Shown here: positions 1 to 9,635 of the stretch, piece by piece | How the letters are laid out: each line of letters begins with the position of its first letter | Numbering within the stretch: position 1 is the first letter of the stretch | Source of the DNA: an uncultured archaeon | GTDB lineage: Archaea; Thermoproteota; Bathyarchaeia; Bathyarchaeales; Bathycorpusculaceae | Direction of reading: 5' to 3' | DNA length: 64,000 bases | Assembly: GCA_963810275.1 (NCBI GenBank) | Contig: CAWENF010000021.1 | Span: 128,001-192,000, forward strand | Notes under the pieces: model-generated | Databases searched by the model: none | What the model saw: only the letters and a program-made list of their open reading frames with translations | Told to the model about the DNA's origin: nothing | Translations under genes and position numbers: made by a program

Positions 1-530
1 TGCTCAGAAGTCAAAGGTAGAAGGTAGCTAATTTCCCATTGACCTGAAGGCAGGGCTAAAGAAACTTGGCTGTTTACGGTTTCTATAGAGGACGGTGCAT
101 CACTCAGGTAGATTACCGTTGCGTTGGCAGGGAAGGCAACCGTGAGTTCGTATGGGTTCTCAACCTGAAGGGTCCAGACTTCGTTTGCTTTGCTGGTTAA
201 GGTGTTGGTGTCATATTGTATTTGAGCTTTAGATGCTCCGAAAGTGTATATCGTCAAGGTTCTGTCGTCTATTTCATAGTCCATCACTAGCATGTTTTGG
301 TCAAGCACCATCAAGTTTTCGATGTTTGGGCAAAGCAAGAGTGATTGGGTTTGAGGTGAATTGCTGTCTAAGGTTAGGGTTTGTATTACATGGACTAAGC
401 CGTCTCGGTAGACTTGAACATCAGTCGAATCTATACTGGGTCCTGACTTCACGCTAGCAGCAAGCACTATAATTACTGCTATCGAAATAACGAACAGTGC
501 CAACCACCATCTTGCGCGGTGAATTTTCAT
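1..530 (-). CDS. Partial (runs off window) exported/membrane-anchored protein, resembling the N-terminal extracellular domain of archaeal COG2512-type membrane-associated HTH proteins
   Basis: Not in the ORF track. Manual translation from ATG at 530 is open to the edge: MKIHRARWWLALFVISIAVIIVLAAS (signal-like)...VYRDGLVHV...LTSKANEVWTL...PANATVIYLS...PSGQWEISY. Family call is from motif recall. Confidence 0.7.
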   Translation of the reverse strand, partial: MKIHRARWWLALFVISIAVIIVLAASVKSGPSIDSTDVQVYRDGLVHVIQTLTLDSNSPQTQSLLLCPNIENLMVLDQNMLVMDYEIDDRTLTIYTFGASKAQIQYDTNTLTSKANEVWTLQVENPYELTVAFPANATVIYLSDAPSSIETVNSQVSLALPSGQWEISYLLPLTSE

Positions 531-947
531 TGGGGATTTCACTATAAGTTCAGTGTATGGTGAGATAAGTTTTGTGCAGCCCAAAAGACAGAGGAGGCCG
601 TTTCAGCTTAGAACATTTACTTCATATTACCCCTCAAGTCATGCTCCACCTAACAATGTGTAGCCGTGAAGAGTGTAATAACCCAACGCAACACAATTCC
701 GGCACCAATTCAGATTCTAAATTAACTAAACAGAAATTAAGCAAAACATGAACCGCTAAGTTAAAGCACCCAGACTAAATTGGATGTACTGGAAACAGAA
801 CAGAGGCGCAGTGGCTAAAAGTTGAAAGCCTAATGGATCAAACAGAAGAACTCTGGTTCTAGGTGCAGTTGTATCGTGGTTTTTGCCTGCCGAAAATACA
901 AATATTCAAACCTGTTTTCCTTAACATTAAATAAAAAATTGGAAGAT

Positions 948-1241
948 TTAGTTTACGGTCATTTGACCGAATTTTCCGACATTAAGCTGGACTTCGCCTT
1001 TAAAGCTGGTTACGTAGCCATTGTCGATTTTCACGTTATCGCCCACATTAACCTGCTCAATTTGCTCGTTCCATAACGTCAATTTAATGCTGCCTGATTC
1101 GTCTGCGATGACAGCATCGGCTATTCTGTAAGTTTCATCCTTATATCGTGACTTAACTTCACGGGTATCGCCTTTTTCGACAACTTTGCCTTCGACGCTG
1201 ACCCGTTTCATTCCATCAGCTAAATCTTTTATATCTGTCAA
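948..1241 (-). CDS. ssb: Single-stranded DNA-binding protein (single OB-fold, crenarchaeal SSB/RPA type)
   Basis: IADESGSIKLTLW, NGYVTSFKGEVQLNVGKFG OB-fold motifs. Confidence 0.9.
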   Translation of the reverse strand: MTDIKDLADGMKRVSVEGKVVEKGDTREVKSRYKDETYRIADAVIADESGSIKLTLWNEQIEQVNVGDNVKIDNGYVTSFKGEVQLNVGKFGQMTVN

Positions 1242-1360
1242 GCTACTTCACTTCTTCTAACTGATAGTAACGCTTTTCGTTTTCCAATCTTATAAGTGTT
1301 GCTAACTAGCTCAAAAAAGCCTAAAAAGAAGAAAAAGTTTGGGGTTTCCCCGTTTTCTGT

Positions 1361-2629
1361 TTATGCGTAGCCCAGCAGTAGAAAAATCAGCACAAACAAG
1401 GTGACAATTACACCGAGTGCTGAAGCCAAGATCTTCTTAGTCAACGAAAGCTCTGGTTTTATTGCGTCCACAACGAACACACAAAGTACGCCTAGCCAGA
1501 CGTAGGTGGCAACGAAAAGGAATGATGTTATGGCATTGAATATAGCTGTTGAGGCTTCTATGCTGCTGAACGCTGTCATGGCTGTGGCTGAGAGGCCCTC
1601 TGCCGCCATTGGTGGATACGTTATTGCACCATACCATGTGAAGGCCAAGCCTGTGGAAAGATCAAATGGATAGTATACGGCAGGCAACGCGGCGGTTGCA
1701 ACTAGGTTTAGTACTGCTCGGATGACTAAGACGACTAATGCTACGCCTACCGCGATGAACAAGGGTTTCCAGACCAAGTCAACCTTTAAGCCTTTCAGAA
1801 CAAGGTAGATGACGGCGGCTGTGAGTAGCCAAAGCACCAAGAACTGAAGCGCAACTGACTGCAGACTGGAGAAAACAATTACCATAGGATCGTTTTCCGC
1901 CAGAGACATGTACTGTCCACGGAAGAATAATGCGCTTATGCGCACGGTTATGTCATAGTTTTCTGGGTAAGTTAAATCCAAGCTGAGTTTAGTTATGTTG
2001 CTCCATGTAGGGTTGCCGTTCTCTGTCCAAGCGGGAGCATCGGGTCCGATGGGCACGGTTATATTGTTCCACTGCCCAATCAAAGAAGTATTAGACAACT
2101 CGTATGTCAAATCGTAAGTATAATAGTCAGCGTCGTTTAAGCTGTAAAGCGTTAACTGAGCGTTTTCTGGTGTAACACTGCTTGGATAAACCAGCTTCAA
2201 TATCATGGAGAGGTTTTGGAAGCCGTTTACGCTGCAGTCCACGTTAAATGCGTTGCTGATTGTCGCCGAAATATTCTGAGCATCTGCTGCTCTAAACTGA
2301 AGACTGCTTGTGCCGTATAAGTCCGGGTAATCCCCGAAGCCTGACACGAACACCGTGTAGTTTAGGTGGTCTGCTACGTCGGTTATGTTAACGCCTGAAC
2401 TTGCACTCCAGTTACCTGAAGTTGCTGAAGTGTATTCTTGGAATAGCCCCGGCTGCGGCGAAGTGACTTCCAAATTAGTTTTTGACAACTGGGCATATTC
2501 GTAGCCCATCTGTAAACCAATGAATAGGATAAGAACGATGATTGCGGCAAGGTATTTGGGGTTAGCTACTATTTTCTTAAAAGCCTTATGAGGTGCGTAA
2601 ATGATTTCTGCTATGTCGGCGAGAATCAA
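1361..2629 (-). CDS. Yip1-like membrane protein with a large extracellular insertion
   Basis: IIYAPHKAFKKI Yip1-like start, one TM, ~200 aa S/T/N-rich domain with many NxS/T sequons, then several C-terminal TMs. Confidence 0.6.
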   Translation of the reverse strand: MILADIAEIIYAPHKAFKKIVANPKYLAAIIVLILFIGLQMGYEYAQLSKTNLEVTSPQPGLFQEYTSATSGNWSASSGVNITDVADHLNYTVFVSGFGDYPDLYGTSSLQFRAADAQNISATISNAFNVDCSVNGFQNLSMILKLVYPSSVTPENAQLTLYSLNDADYYTYDLTYELSNTSLIGQWNNITVPIGPDAPAWTENGNPTWSNITKLSLDLTYPENYDITVRISALFFRGQYMSLAENDPMVIVFSSLQSVALQFLVLWLLTAAVIYLVLKGLKVDLVWKPLFIAVGVALVVLVIRAVLNLVATAALPAVYYPFDLSTGLAFTWYGAITYPPMAAEGLSATAMTAFSSIEASTAIFNAITSFLFVATYVWLGVLCVFVVDAIKPELSLTKKILASALGVIVTLFVLIFLLLGYA

Positions 2630-2780
2630 CTCTATTTAGCTCCTGTGCTATTTCAGAATTACACGAACATTTAAGTGTTGTTCAAGTCTCCAAGCATAAA
2701 GTGTAAAACAGCATTTCTCGCCCCTTGACCCCAAACTATAGAGCCACCAAAAGAAGCAACAAAAATCGGAAAAAGGCATT

Positions 2781-4289
2781 TTACATGCCTTGTTTTAGGC
2801 GGCGATAAGTCGAGTAGTCAACGTATTCCAAAAACTTGCTTTCAGCTTGGGATTTAACGTTGATTTTCTGCCGCCCCCTCTTATCCAAAAGCTGGCTGGT
2901 TGTACGCAAAACGTAGGCGTCACTGCCCGCGCCAGAGCCGTAACTTGCCACCAAGATGCTCTCTTCAGGTTTGGCAATGTCAAGAATGGCTGCTAAGCCA
3001 ATGAGGGAAGCGCCGCTGTAGGTGTTACCGAACTTTGTCATCTGTATGGCAGGCATGAACTGGTCTTCTTTGAAGCCTAGGTCTTTGGCGACACGCATAG
3101 GGAAGGTCGGGTTTGGCTGATGGGGCACAAAGTAATTTAGATCCTCTGGCTTTAGGTTGCATCGTTCCATGAGTTTGGAGGCGGCTTTTTTAACGTGTTT
3201 GTGGTAAGCTGGGTCGCCTGTGAATCTACCGCCGTGACTTGGGTAGGGTTCACCGTCTCTGCGCCAAAAATCAGGCGTATCAGAGGTGCAGCTGTACCAA
3301 CCTTCCACCTCGGCGATAACATCTTGTTTGCCAAAAATGTAGGCTGCACCACCGTAACCTACGAACATATCTAATTCGCCTCCGGGGCAACCGCGTGGGG
3401 CTGCCTGAGAGTTATCTGCTCCGATAACCATAGCGTAACGGATGTTAGATTTGGGGTAACTCACCAAAGCGCAAGCGTCTTTGAACATGCTGCTGCCTGC
3501 CTTGCAAGCGAATTCTGTGTCAACTGCATCTACACTCTGCATATCGCCGTCTTCCTCGCCCAGCTTGAGTACTTGGGCTACTTTGGCGGCTATTGGCTTT
3601 ACAGCATAGGGGTTTGATTCACTGCCAACATAGACTTTGCCCACCCAGCTACTGTCTATGCCTGAATGGATAAGCGCCAATTTGCCAGCTTCCACAGCTG
3701 CAGTCACAGAGTCCTCGTCGATAAATGGCACCGCACGCTCCAGATTTGTTTCTTTTATGCGAAATCTAGATGAGTAAACGCCGTAGCCTACAACGCCGGG
3801 CAACTCATAGTCATTGGTAGGCTGCACAATCTTGTATTCTTGATGAGGATAGTACTCGTCTGCCAGTGTGAACGCCAGCGAAATTGTGGGAATCATCTCA
3901 CGTTTACCAACAGAGTACCGTCTGCGAAAACGCGGCACAACTTCTCTACCCTCCAGCTTCGCTGGGTCGAAGTCTATGCTTCCACACATAGGCTGATCGG
4001 TTAAACGTGCGGGAACACGGATTTTGCCCCCGTGGAAAGATACGATGCCGTAGATATAGCTGCCCAACTTGGAGAACTTGTTTGTCGGTTCATTAATTAA
4101 TGTACATAGTTCAAGGGTGCCCTTATCATAAAATAGGTCCATGCTCTCCATTTTGCCATAGCTTTTACGTCCACATTTGCTGCAGTAATCACGCACTTCA
4201 AAGTATTCTTTACCGCAACAGCTGCATCTGCAAGCTTTAAGGCGGTCACCCAAATAGCTAACTCTACGCTCGATTGGTTCGCTGCTCAT
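2781..4289 (-). CDS. Hydroxymethylglutaryl-CoA synthase with N-terminal DUF35 (Zn-ribbon/OB-fold) fusion
   Basis: N-term CSCCG...CSKCG and PRFRR (DUF35); C-term DEDSVT, GSESNPYAVKP, FACKAG, PHQPN, GNTYSG, SYGSGAGSDA of archaeal HMGCS. Confidence 0.9.
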   Translation of the reverse strand: MSSEPIERRVSYLGDRLKACRCSCCGKEYFEVRDYCSKCGRKSYGKMESMDLFYDKGTLELCTLINEPTNKFSKLGSYIYGIVSFHGGKIRVPARLTDQPMCGSIDFDPAKLEGREVVPRFRRRYSVGKREMIPTISLAFTLADEYYPHQEYKIVQPTNDYELPGVVGYGVYSSRFRIKETNLERAVPFIDEDSVTAAVEAGKLALIHSGIDSSWVGKVYVGSESNPYAVKPIAAKVAQVLKLGEEDGDMQSVDAVDTEFACKAGSSMFKDACALVSYPKSNIRYAMVIGADNSQAAPRGCPGGELDMFVGYGGAAYIFGKQDVIAEVEGWYSCTSDTPDFWRRDGEPYPSHGGRFTGDPAYHKHVKKAASKLMERCNLKPEDLNYFVPHQPNPTFPMRVAKDLGFKEDQFMPAIQMTKFGNTYSGASLIGLAAILDIAKPEESILVASYGSGAGSDAYVLRTTSQLLDKRGRQKINVKSQAESKFLEYVDYSTYRRLKQGM

Positions 4290-5488
4290 TGTTTTTTATC
4301 TCCTAAAATGGTGGCAAAAGCCTTAGTTCCAAAACCTTCAAACTCCAAAACGCCACCGTACTTGAGCCCACCTTCCACGGCTACTTGGCGATCTGCCGCT
4401 TCCCCGCGGAGTTGACGGAAAACCTCGTAAATCATGGCTCCGCCTGTAGCGCCAAGCGGGTTACCATCTGCTTTTAATCCGCCATCGGTGTTAACGTAAA
4501 GTGGTTTGCCGCCGAACTCGTAGTGAAGCCTGCTTTTCTTGTAGCTTTCAAATATGCTTCTCCAAGCGACGCCAGGCTGGCAGAAGCCTAGGTCTTCGAG
4601 AATCGCCATCTCCATCATGGTTGACTGGTCGTTGACCTCCATAAGAGGGATTTCAGAAGCTGAGACGCCAGAACGATTAGATGCCTTGTTCATTGCTAGC
4701 TCTGCAGCTAAGAACCGGGTAAGGTCCGCTCTTGCGGGGTAGTTAAGGTAGTCAGTAGCGGAGCCTGTGGCTAGAACGTAGACTGGGTTGTCAGTCATTT
4801 TCTTCGCCACTTCCTCGCTGGCTAAAATAATTGCTGAGGCCCCGTCAGATATGGGTGCGAAGTCAAAAAGCCCCAAAGGTTTGTTAGCTGATTTGCGGGC
4901 GTCCACAACATGATTAATTGAGATACCACGCTGGAACTGGGCATACTTGTTTTTAGCGCCGTAAGCGTGATTTTTAACTGCAACCTGCGCAAGCGAAGTT
5001 TTGAAATCCTCTAAATCCTGCCCTGTTATGCCATATTTCTTGATGTAGGCACGCATCATTAGTTCATGGTTAGATTCAGGAGTGCCGCCAGCGAAGTAGC
5101 TCCATGGGTCCTCTAAGAGCATGAGGTCATCTCGGATTTTATCCCAGCGATCCGTCATTTTCTCGATGCCACCCACCAGCACAGTGTCGTAGATGCCGGC
5201 TTGTATTGCGCGGGAAGCCATCATCAACGCTGAGCTGAAGCTGCGGGTAACCTCCATAGGAACATGCAACTCTGTGAGTTCAGAGAGGAACCCCTCTTCT
5301 AGCCCCAACTTGTTGGTTATGGGTAAAAAGCAATCGGACATGTAGCAGGCTTCTAGATTTTTGCGTTCCATGCTACATTCGTTTGATGCGGCAAGCCAAG
5401 CTTCCTCGATGAGTTTCTCGGGCTCTTTGCCGTAGTGCTCACCGAACTTGGTTCTGCCGACAGCAACTATGGCTGGGCGATTCTGCAT
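4286..5488 (-). CDS. Thiolase-family protein (archaeal acetyl-CoA acetyltransferase-like) lacking catalytic residues
   Basis: GRTKFG, GGIEKM, PISDGASA, GGLKADGNPLGATG; the nucleophile Cys loop and both His residues are absent. Confidence 0.85.
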   Translation of the reverse strand: MQNRPAIVAVGRTKFGEHYGKEPEKLIEEAWLAASNECSMERKNLEACYMSDCFLPITNKLGLEEGFLSELTELHVPMEVTRSFSSALMMASRAIQAGIYDTVLVGGIEKMTDRWDKIRDDLMLLEDPWSYFAGGTPESNHELMMRAYIKKYGITGQDLEDFKTSLAQVAVKNHAYGAKNKYAQFQRGISINHVVDARKSANKPLGLFDFAPISDGASAIILASEEVAKKMTDNPVYVLATGSATDYLNYPARADLTRFLAAELAMNKASNRSGVSASEIPLMEVNDQSTMMEMAILEDLGFCQPGVAWRSIFESYKKSRLHYEFGGKPLYVNTDGGLKADGNPLGATGGAMIYEVFRQLRGEAADRQVAVEGGLKYGGVLEFEGFGTKAFATILGDKKQ

Positions 5489-5502
5489 AACGTATGTGCT
5501 CC

Positions 5503-5537
5503 GCTAAGTAATTTTTTTAGCTAAGTAATTTTTTAGC
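5503..5537. promoter_or_regulatory. Tandem imperfect palindromes (candidate operator) upstream of the thiolase-HMGCS operon
   Basis: gctaagtaatttttttagc (5503-5521) and gctaagtaattttttagc (5520-5537), 15-50 nt upstream of the start at 5488. Confidence 0.45.
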
Positions 5538-5799
5538 AATAAAGATTTTTCTAAATTATTATTAAGTGTTTGCCATAAACAGAGCTAAACAGCGGACGAA
5601 CATATATAACCAAAATGAAGATACGCATGGAAGAGAAAATAGGAAGAAAGGAATGTTAAGTAATTACAGAAAAAATTTGACTGATTCTTCTATAAATGTG
5701 AATACGTAAAAAATTGTGGAAAAATTACCCGGCAGTGCAGTGAAGGCGGAAACAGCTACTGCGACGAGTATAAAAAACGCTGCCGCGATAATTATTAGA

Positions 5800-7194
5800 T
5801 TATATAGTGCGGTTAACTTCGTTTTCTAGGATTTGTTGCTTTATTTCTTCGGTTAAAGCCGCAAGTTTTTCGCTCAACTCCACTGGGTAAAATGGCGCGT
5901 TAACGAGAGCATGATATTTAAGCGGCAGTTTGGATAGGTTCTCAGCTGCAACATGGCGGATCTTCTCAAGCGCAGGCAAATCATAAACTAACTCGCCGCG
6001 CTCAATCACTTTAACTAGAAGCGGGGTGCCCAAGACGGGTTCATCAGCCAATGCAATCACATCTTTTAAGAAGCTGCCATCAGCATCAAAGATACGGTAA
6101 ACCTGTTTTCTGCCCGGCAAAGTAATCTTGTCTTTGCTAAGCTTCATAATCGGCGTAAAGCTGCCATCGGAGTTCTGAGTTTCGCACAGCTTATAGACAC
6201 CGTCGAGGTAGGGACGGTCGCTACTGGTGCCCATCTTTGTACCCACGCCGAAAGAGTCAATCGGCGCCTCCGAGAAAAGCAGTTCTTGGATTTTATATTC
6301 GTCGAGGTCACCGCTGGCAAAAATTTTGGTGAAGTTCAAACCATGTGAATCAAGTATTATCCTAACTTTCTTGCTTATCTCAGCTAAGTCGCCGCTATCC
6401 AGCCGGACCCCACCAAGCTTGATGCCCTGCGCCATCAACTCTTTACCGACCACCGAGGCTTTCTCGGCTCCGGCAATGTCGTCGTAAGTATCTATCAGAA
6501 GAATACATTTATTGGGGAAAGTTTTGGCAAATGCCCGGAAGGCTTCTATTTCTTTTTGATAAGACATGATGAAGCTATGTGCCATTGTGCCAAAAACGGG
6601 GATTCCGTAAGCCAACCCTGCTAATACATTGCTTGTGCCTTGGCATCCTGCGATATAGCTACTGCGCGCCACTTTAAGCCCTGCGTCAATGCCGGGTTCA
6701 CGGCGCAAGCCGAATTCGATGACGGCTTTACCTTTAGCTGCTTGGATGACGCGGCTGGCCTTGGTGGCAATCATGGTTTGGAGGTTGATGCTGTTTAAGA
6801 GGAAAGTTTCGGCGAGTTGCGCTTCGATGATGGGGGCGGTTATGCGTAGCAGGGGCTCGTTTGGAAAGACTACTGTTCCTTCTGGGAGTGCCCAGACTTC
6901 GCCTGAGAAGCGGAAGTTTTTGAGGTAGTTAAGGAAGTCATTTTTGAAGCCCTGCTTTTTGAGGAATGTGAGATGTTCTTCGGTAAATTTGATGTATTGG
7001 AGGTATCCAAGGGCTTCTTGCAGGCCTGCAAAAAGGAAGTAGCTTCGGTTTTCTGGGAGGCGGCGGATGAAGAGGTCAAAGGTGGCGGTCTCGAAATTTT
7101 TGTTGTCAAAGTAGGCTGCACACATGGCTAGTTCGTAGAAGTCTGTGAAGAGGCTCATGTTCTCCTCTTTTAGGGCATTCAGAAACGGTTTCAT
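5800..7194 (-). CDS. pncB: Nicotinate phosphoribosyltransferase
   Basis: LFTDFYELAM, EFGLRR, GTMAHS, LIDTYD, VRLDSGD, GVYKL motifs. Confidence 0.95.
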   Translation of the reverse strand: MKPFLNALKEENMSLFTDFYELAMCAAYFDNKNFETATFDLFIRRLPENRSYFLFAGLQEALGYLQYIKFTEEHLTFLKKQGFKNDFLNYLKNFRFSGEVWALPEGTVVFPNEPLLRITAPIIEAQLAETFLLNSINLQTMIATKASRVIQAAKGKAVIEFGLRREPGIDAGLKVARSSYIAGCQGTSNVLAGLAYGIPVFGTMAHSFIMSYQKEIEAFRAFAKTFPNKCILLIDTYDDIAGAEKASVVGKELMAQGIKLGGVRLDSGDLAEISKKVRIILDSHGLNFTKIFASGDLDEYKIQELLFSEAPIDSFGVGTKMGTSSDRPYLDGVYKLCETQNSDGSFTPIMKLSKDKITLPGRKQVYRIFDADGSFLKDVIALADEPVLGTPLLVKVIERGELVYDLPALEKIRHVAAENLSKLPLKYHALVNAPFYPVELSEKLAALTEEIKQQILENEVNRTI

Positions 7195-7541
7195 GGTTAT
7201 GTAGAGTTAGTGTTTGTGATTTAATTCTTTTCGGAGATTCAAAAATTGAATAATACGGAAAACGCGAGCTTTTTTGGTGTTCTAAGAGTTATTTATAAAA
7301 CCGTACAAAGCGCGACTTTGGTTAAAGGACGGCTATGCAGCTACTGTAACTATTGAACATGTGTTTTGCAATTGGGAAATCTTCATTGCGCTCTTAATAG
7401 TGTGACTTTAGCTTTCGAATTCCGAAACGGAAAAATCGAAGGAGACAACTAAGTCCAAAAAGCCTCATGCTTTAAGGCGTCAAGGACAACTTAAAAGAGG
7501 ATGCAGCTACATGGGCTTCATACCATAATAAACCATGTTTT

Positions 7542-9635
7542 TTAACGTTCTATTGAGATTTTGCTTATTCCAGCTTCTTTTTCCAAAACAACGACGTGGT
7601 CGCCCTTTGCCGCAAAAGCTTCGCTATGAGTGACAGCAATAATCTGCTCGATAGCTTTGAATCGGCTGATTGCCTCTGCCAACCTCTCGATGCTTCCGTC
7701 TTCGCTGCCTAAGTTCTCAGTAGGCTCATCCAACATAAGCATACTCAACCCATGCCCCGTGCGGCTTTGCATAATAAGCTGTCCCAAACCGAGACGGTAC
7801 GCAAACGCCAGCAAAGTACGCTCGCCCCCAGAGAGGTTGCTAACTTCACGGTTTACGCCTGCCTCGCTTTTTACATAAGGAGTGTAGCTTTCGTCAATAA
7901 CCACGTTAAGCATTTGGGTTTCGCCTCCTACGAGGCTGTCAAGCACTTGTTGTACAAAGTTTTGCAGTACCTTGACGAATTCCATGCGTAGTTTAGGCTG
8001 GATACTTCGGTAGGCGTCTCTGATAGCGCTTAGCAACTCGACGGTGAGGCGGATTTTGTCCATGCGCTCCAGCTTCTGCTGCGCTTGGTCTATGCGGTCT
8101 TTGGTGTCGTCTAAGCGGCGGGCTAAGTCGGCTTTTCGGTTCTGCTTAGTCTTCAAATCGGACTGCACGGCATAGTATACCTGCATTGCTTGGTCTTTCC
8201 GGATTTTAGATGCCTGCAACTCGTCAAAGTTAAACCCTACGATTTCCGCTTGGAGTTTTTCAAGTTTGATACGTTGGTCAGCTTCAACCCGACGTTGAAC
8301 CTCAAGACGGTCGTTTAGCTTCTTGAGGTTGCTTTCCTCTTCGGCGATACGTGCTTTGAAGTCCCCGCTTCGGGCGAGGCATTGCTGGAGGCTGCTGATG
8401 GCTTCCGAAGCGTCACGTTTGTTTTTTTGCAATTCAGCTGCATCTATTCGGAGGCGGTTTACGAGTTTTTCCCGCTCGTCATTATCGTGTTGGATGCTAT
8501 GTAACAGGTCAGTGCGATAATCGCCACTTAGTGCCTGGCTGCATAGTGGGCATTCCCCGCCTCCGGTACCCAGCTGCAACATGCGTTTTTGGTCCTGCTG
8601 GAGGCTGCGACTAGTGGCTTCCTGCTCAGCGCGAAGGGAAGTGATTTTTTCATCAAACCCAGCAAGAAGCGTGTTCAGCTGGTCAAGCTGTTGACATGAT
8701 GGCAACCCAGCTTGCTCCAGTTTGGTGGTGCATAGCTTGATTTGGCTATCCAGCGAGGTTTGCCGCTGCAGAAAGTTGCTGATAATAATTTTTTTGCCCT
8801 CAACCTGCTCAGCCAAATCCGCTACAGAGCGGGCAGTGTTGGTAAGATTGGCGCTTAAGCGTGCTTCTTGACGTTTAAGCTCCTCCATAGCTTGCTTTTT
8901 GTCCTCCAGCCGCTTCAGCTCAGTCTCCGCTTCGTCCCAGCCGTTTTTGGCTCTGGAAACTCGCTGCTCAGCCGTTTCAAGGTCCATCTCGAGCCCCATA
9001 AATTCCTCGCTGGCTCGGTTGTAGTCAGCGTTAAGTTTTTCAATGCTGTTGACGTCAGGGTCTTTTTGAAAGAAGCTCAGCTCATTTTCATAATCTCGCC
9101 TATACTGTGCAAGATGGGTCCATGCGACTTCGTAGTCAGCTAGCCCGAACAGTTGGTCAAGGCGTGTTTGCCGGTCTCTTGGTTTGGCGTCGAGGAGCTC
9201 CTTAAGGTGTTCCTGCCTGAACCAAACGATTTCTCGGTACAATTCCCTGTCTAAGCCAGTTATAGCTCGGAGTTGCTCGGCGATGGCGTCGGTTTTCATG
9301 CTTGCCACAAGCTGCTCGTCCTCGTAGAGTTTGAGTTGCTCGATATCTTGCAGTATGCTCTTACCTCTCCGGCGCAGTCCGCGAGTGAGTTTGTAGATGT
9401 TTCCGTTCTGAGTGAACTGCAAAGTAACCTTGCAGCAATCACAACCTTCTCGCAGTAGGTAATCAAACGTTCTGCCGCTCACAATATCGCCAAACAGCGC
9501 AAAGTCTATTGCATATAGCAGGCTAGATTTGCCGCATCCAACGCCGCCCACGACGCAGTTGAAGCCATGCGAGAAGAGCACGGTTGATTTGGTGTGACTT
9601 CGGATGCTTTCTAAGACTAGGGCGTCGATTTTCAC
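7542..9635 (-). CDS. rad50: DNA double-strand break repair ATPase Rad50
   Basis: Walker A GGVGCGKS, coiled coils, CPLC zinc hook, LSGGE signature, LDEPT Walker B. Confidence 0.92.
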   Translation of the reverse strand: MKIDALVLESIRSHTKSTVLFSHGFNCVVGGVGCGKSSLLYAIDFALFGDIVSGRTFDYLLREGCDCCKVTLQFTQNGNIYKLTRGLRRRGKSILQDIEQLKLYEDEQLVASMKTDAIAEQLRAITGLDRELYREIVWFRQEHLKELLDAKPRDRQTRLDQLFGLADYEVAWTHLAQYRRDYENELSFFQKDPDVNSIEKLNADYNRASEEFMGLEMDLETAEQRVSRAKNGWDEAETELKRLEDKKQAMEELKRQEARLSANLTNTARSVADLAEQVEGKKIIISNFLQRQTSLDSQIKLCTTKLEQAGLPSCQQLDQLNTLLAGFDEKITSLRAEQEATSRSLQQDQKRMLQLGTGGGECPLCSQALSGDYRTDLLHSIQHDNDEREKLVNRLRIDAAELQKNKRDASEAISSLQQCLARSGDFKARIAEEESNLKKLNDRLEVQRRVEADQRIKLEKLQAEIVGFNFDELQASKIRKDQAMQVYYAVQSDLKTKQNRKADLARRLDDTKDRIDQAQQKLERMDKIRLTVELLSAIRDAYRSIQPKLRMEFVKVLQNFVQQVLDSLVGGETQMLNVVIDESYTPYVKSEAGVNREVSNLSGGERTLLAFAYRLGLGQLIMQSRTGHGLSMLMLDEPTENLGSEDGSIERLAEAISRFKAIEQIIAVTHSEAFAAKGDHVVVLEKEAGISKISIER

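Noticed and set aside
233-457. 74-aa + strand ORF
   Set aside because: Antisense shadow of the real minus-strand gene at 1-530
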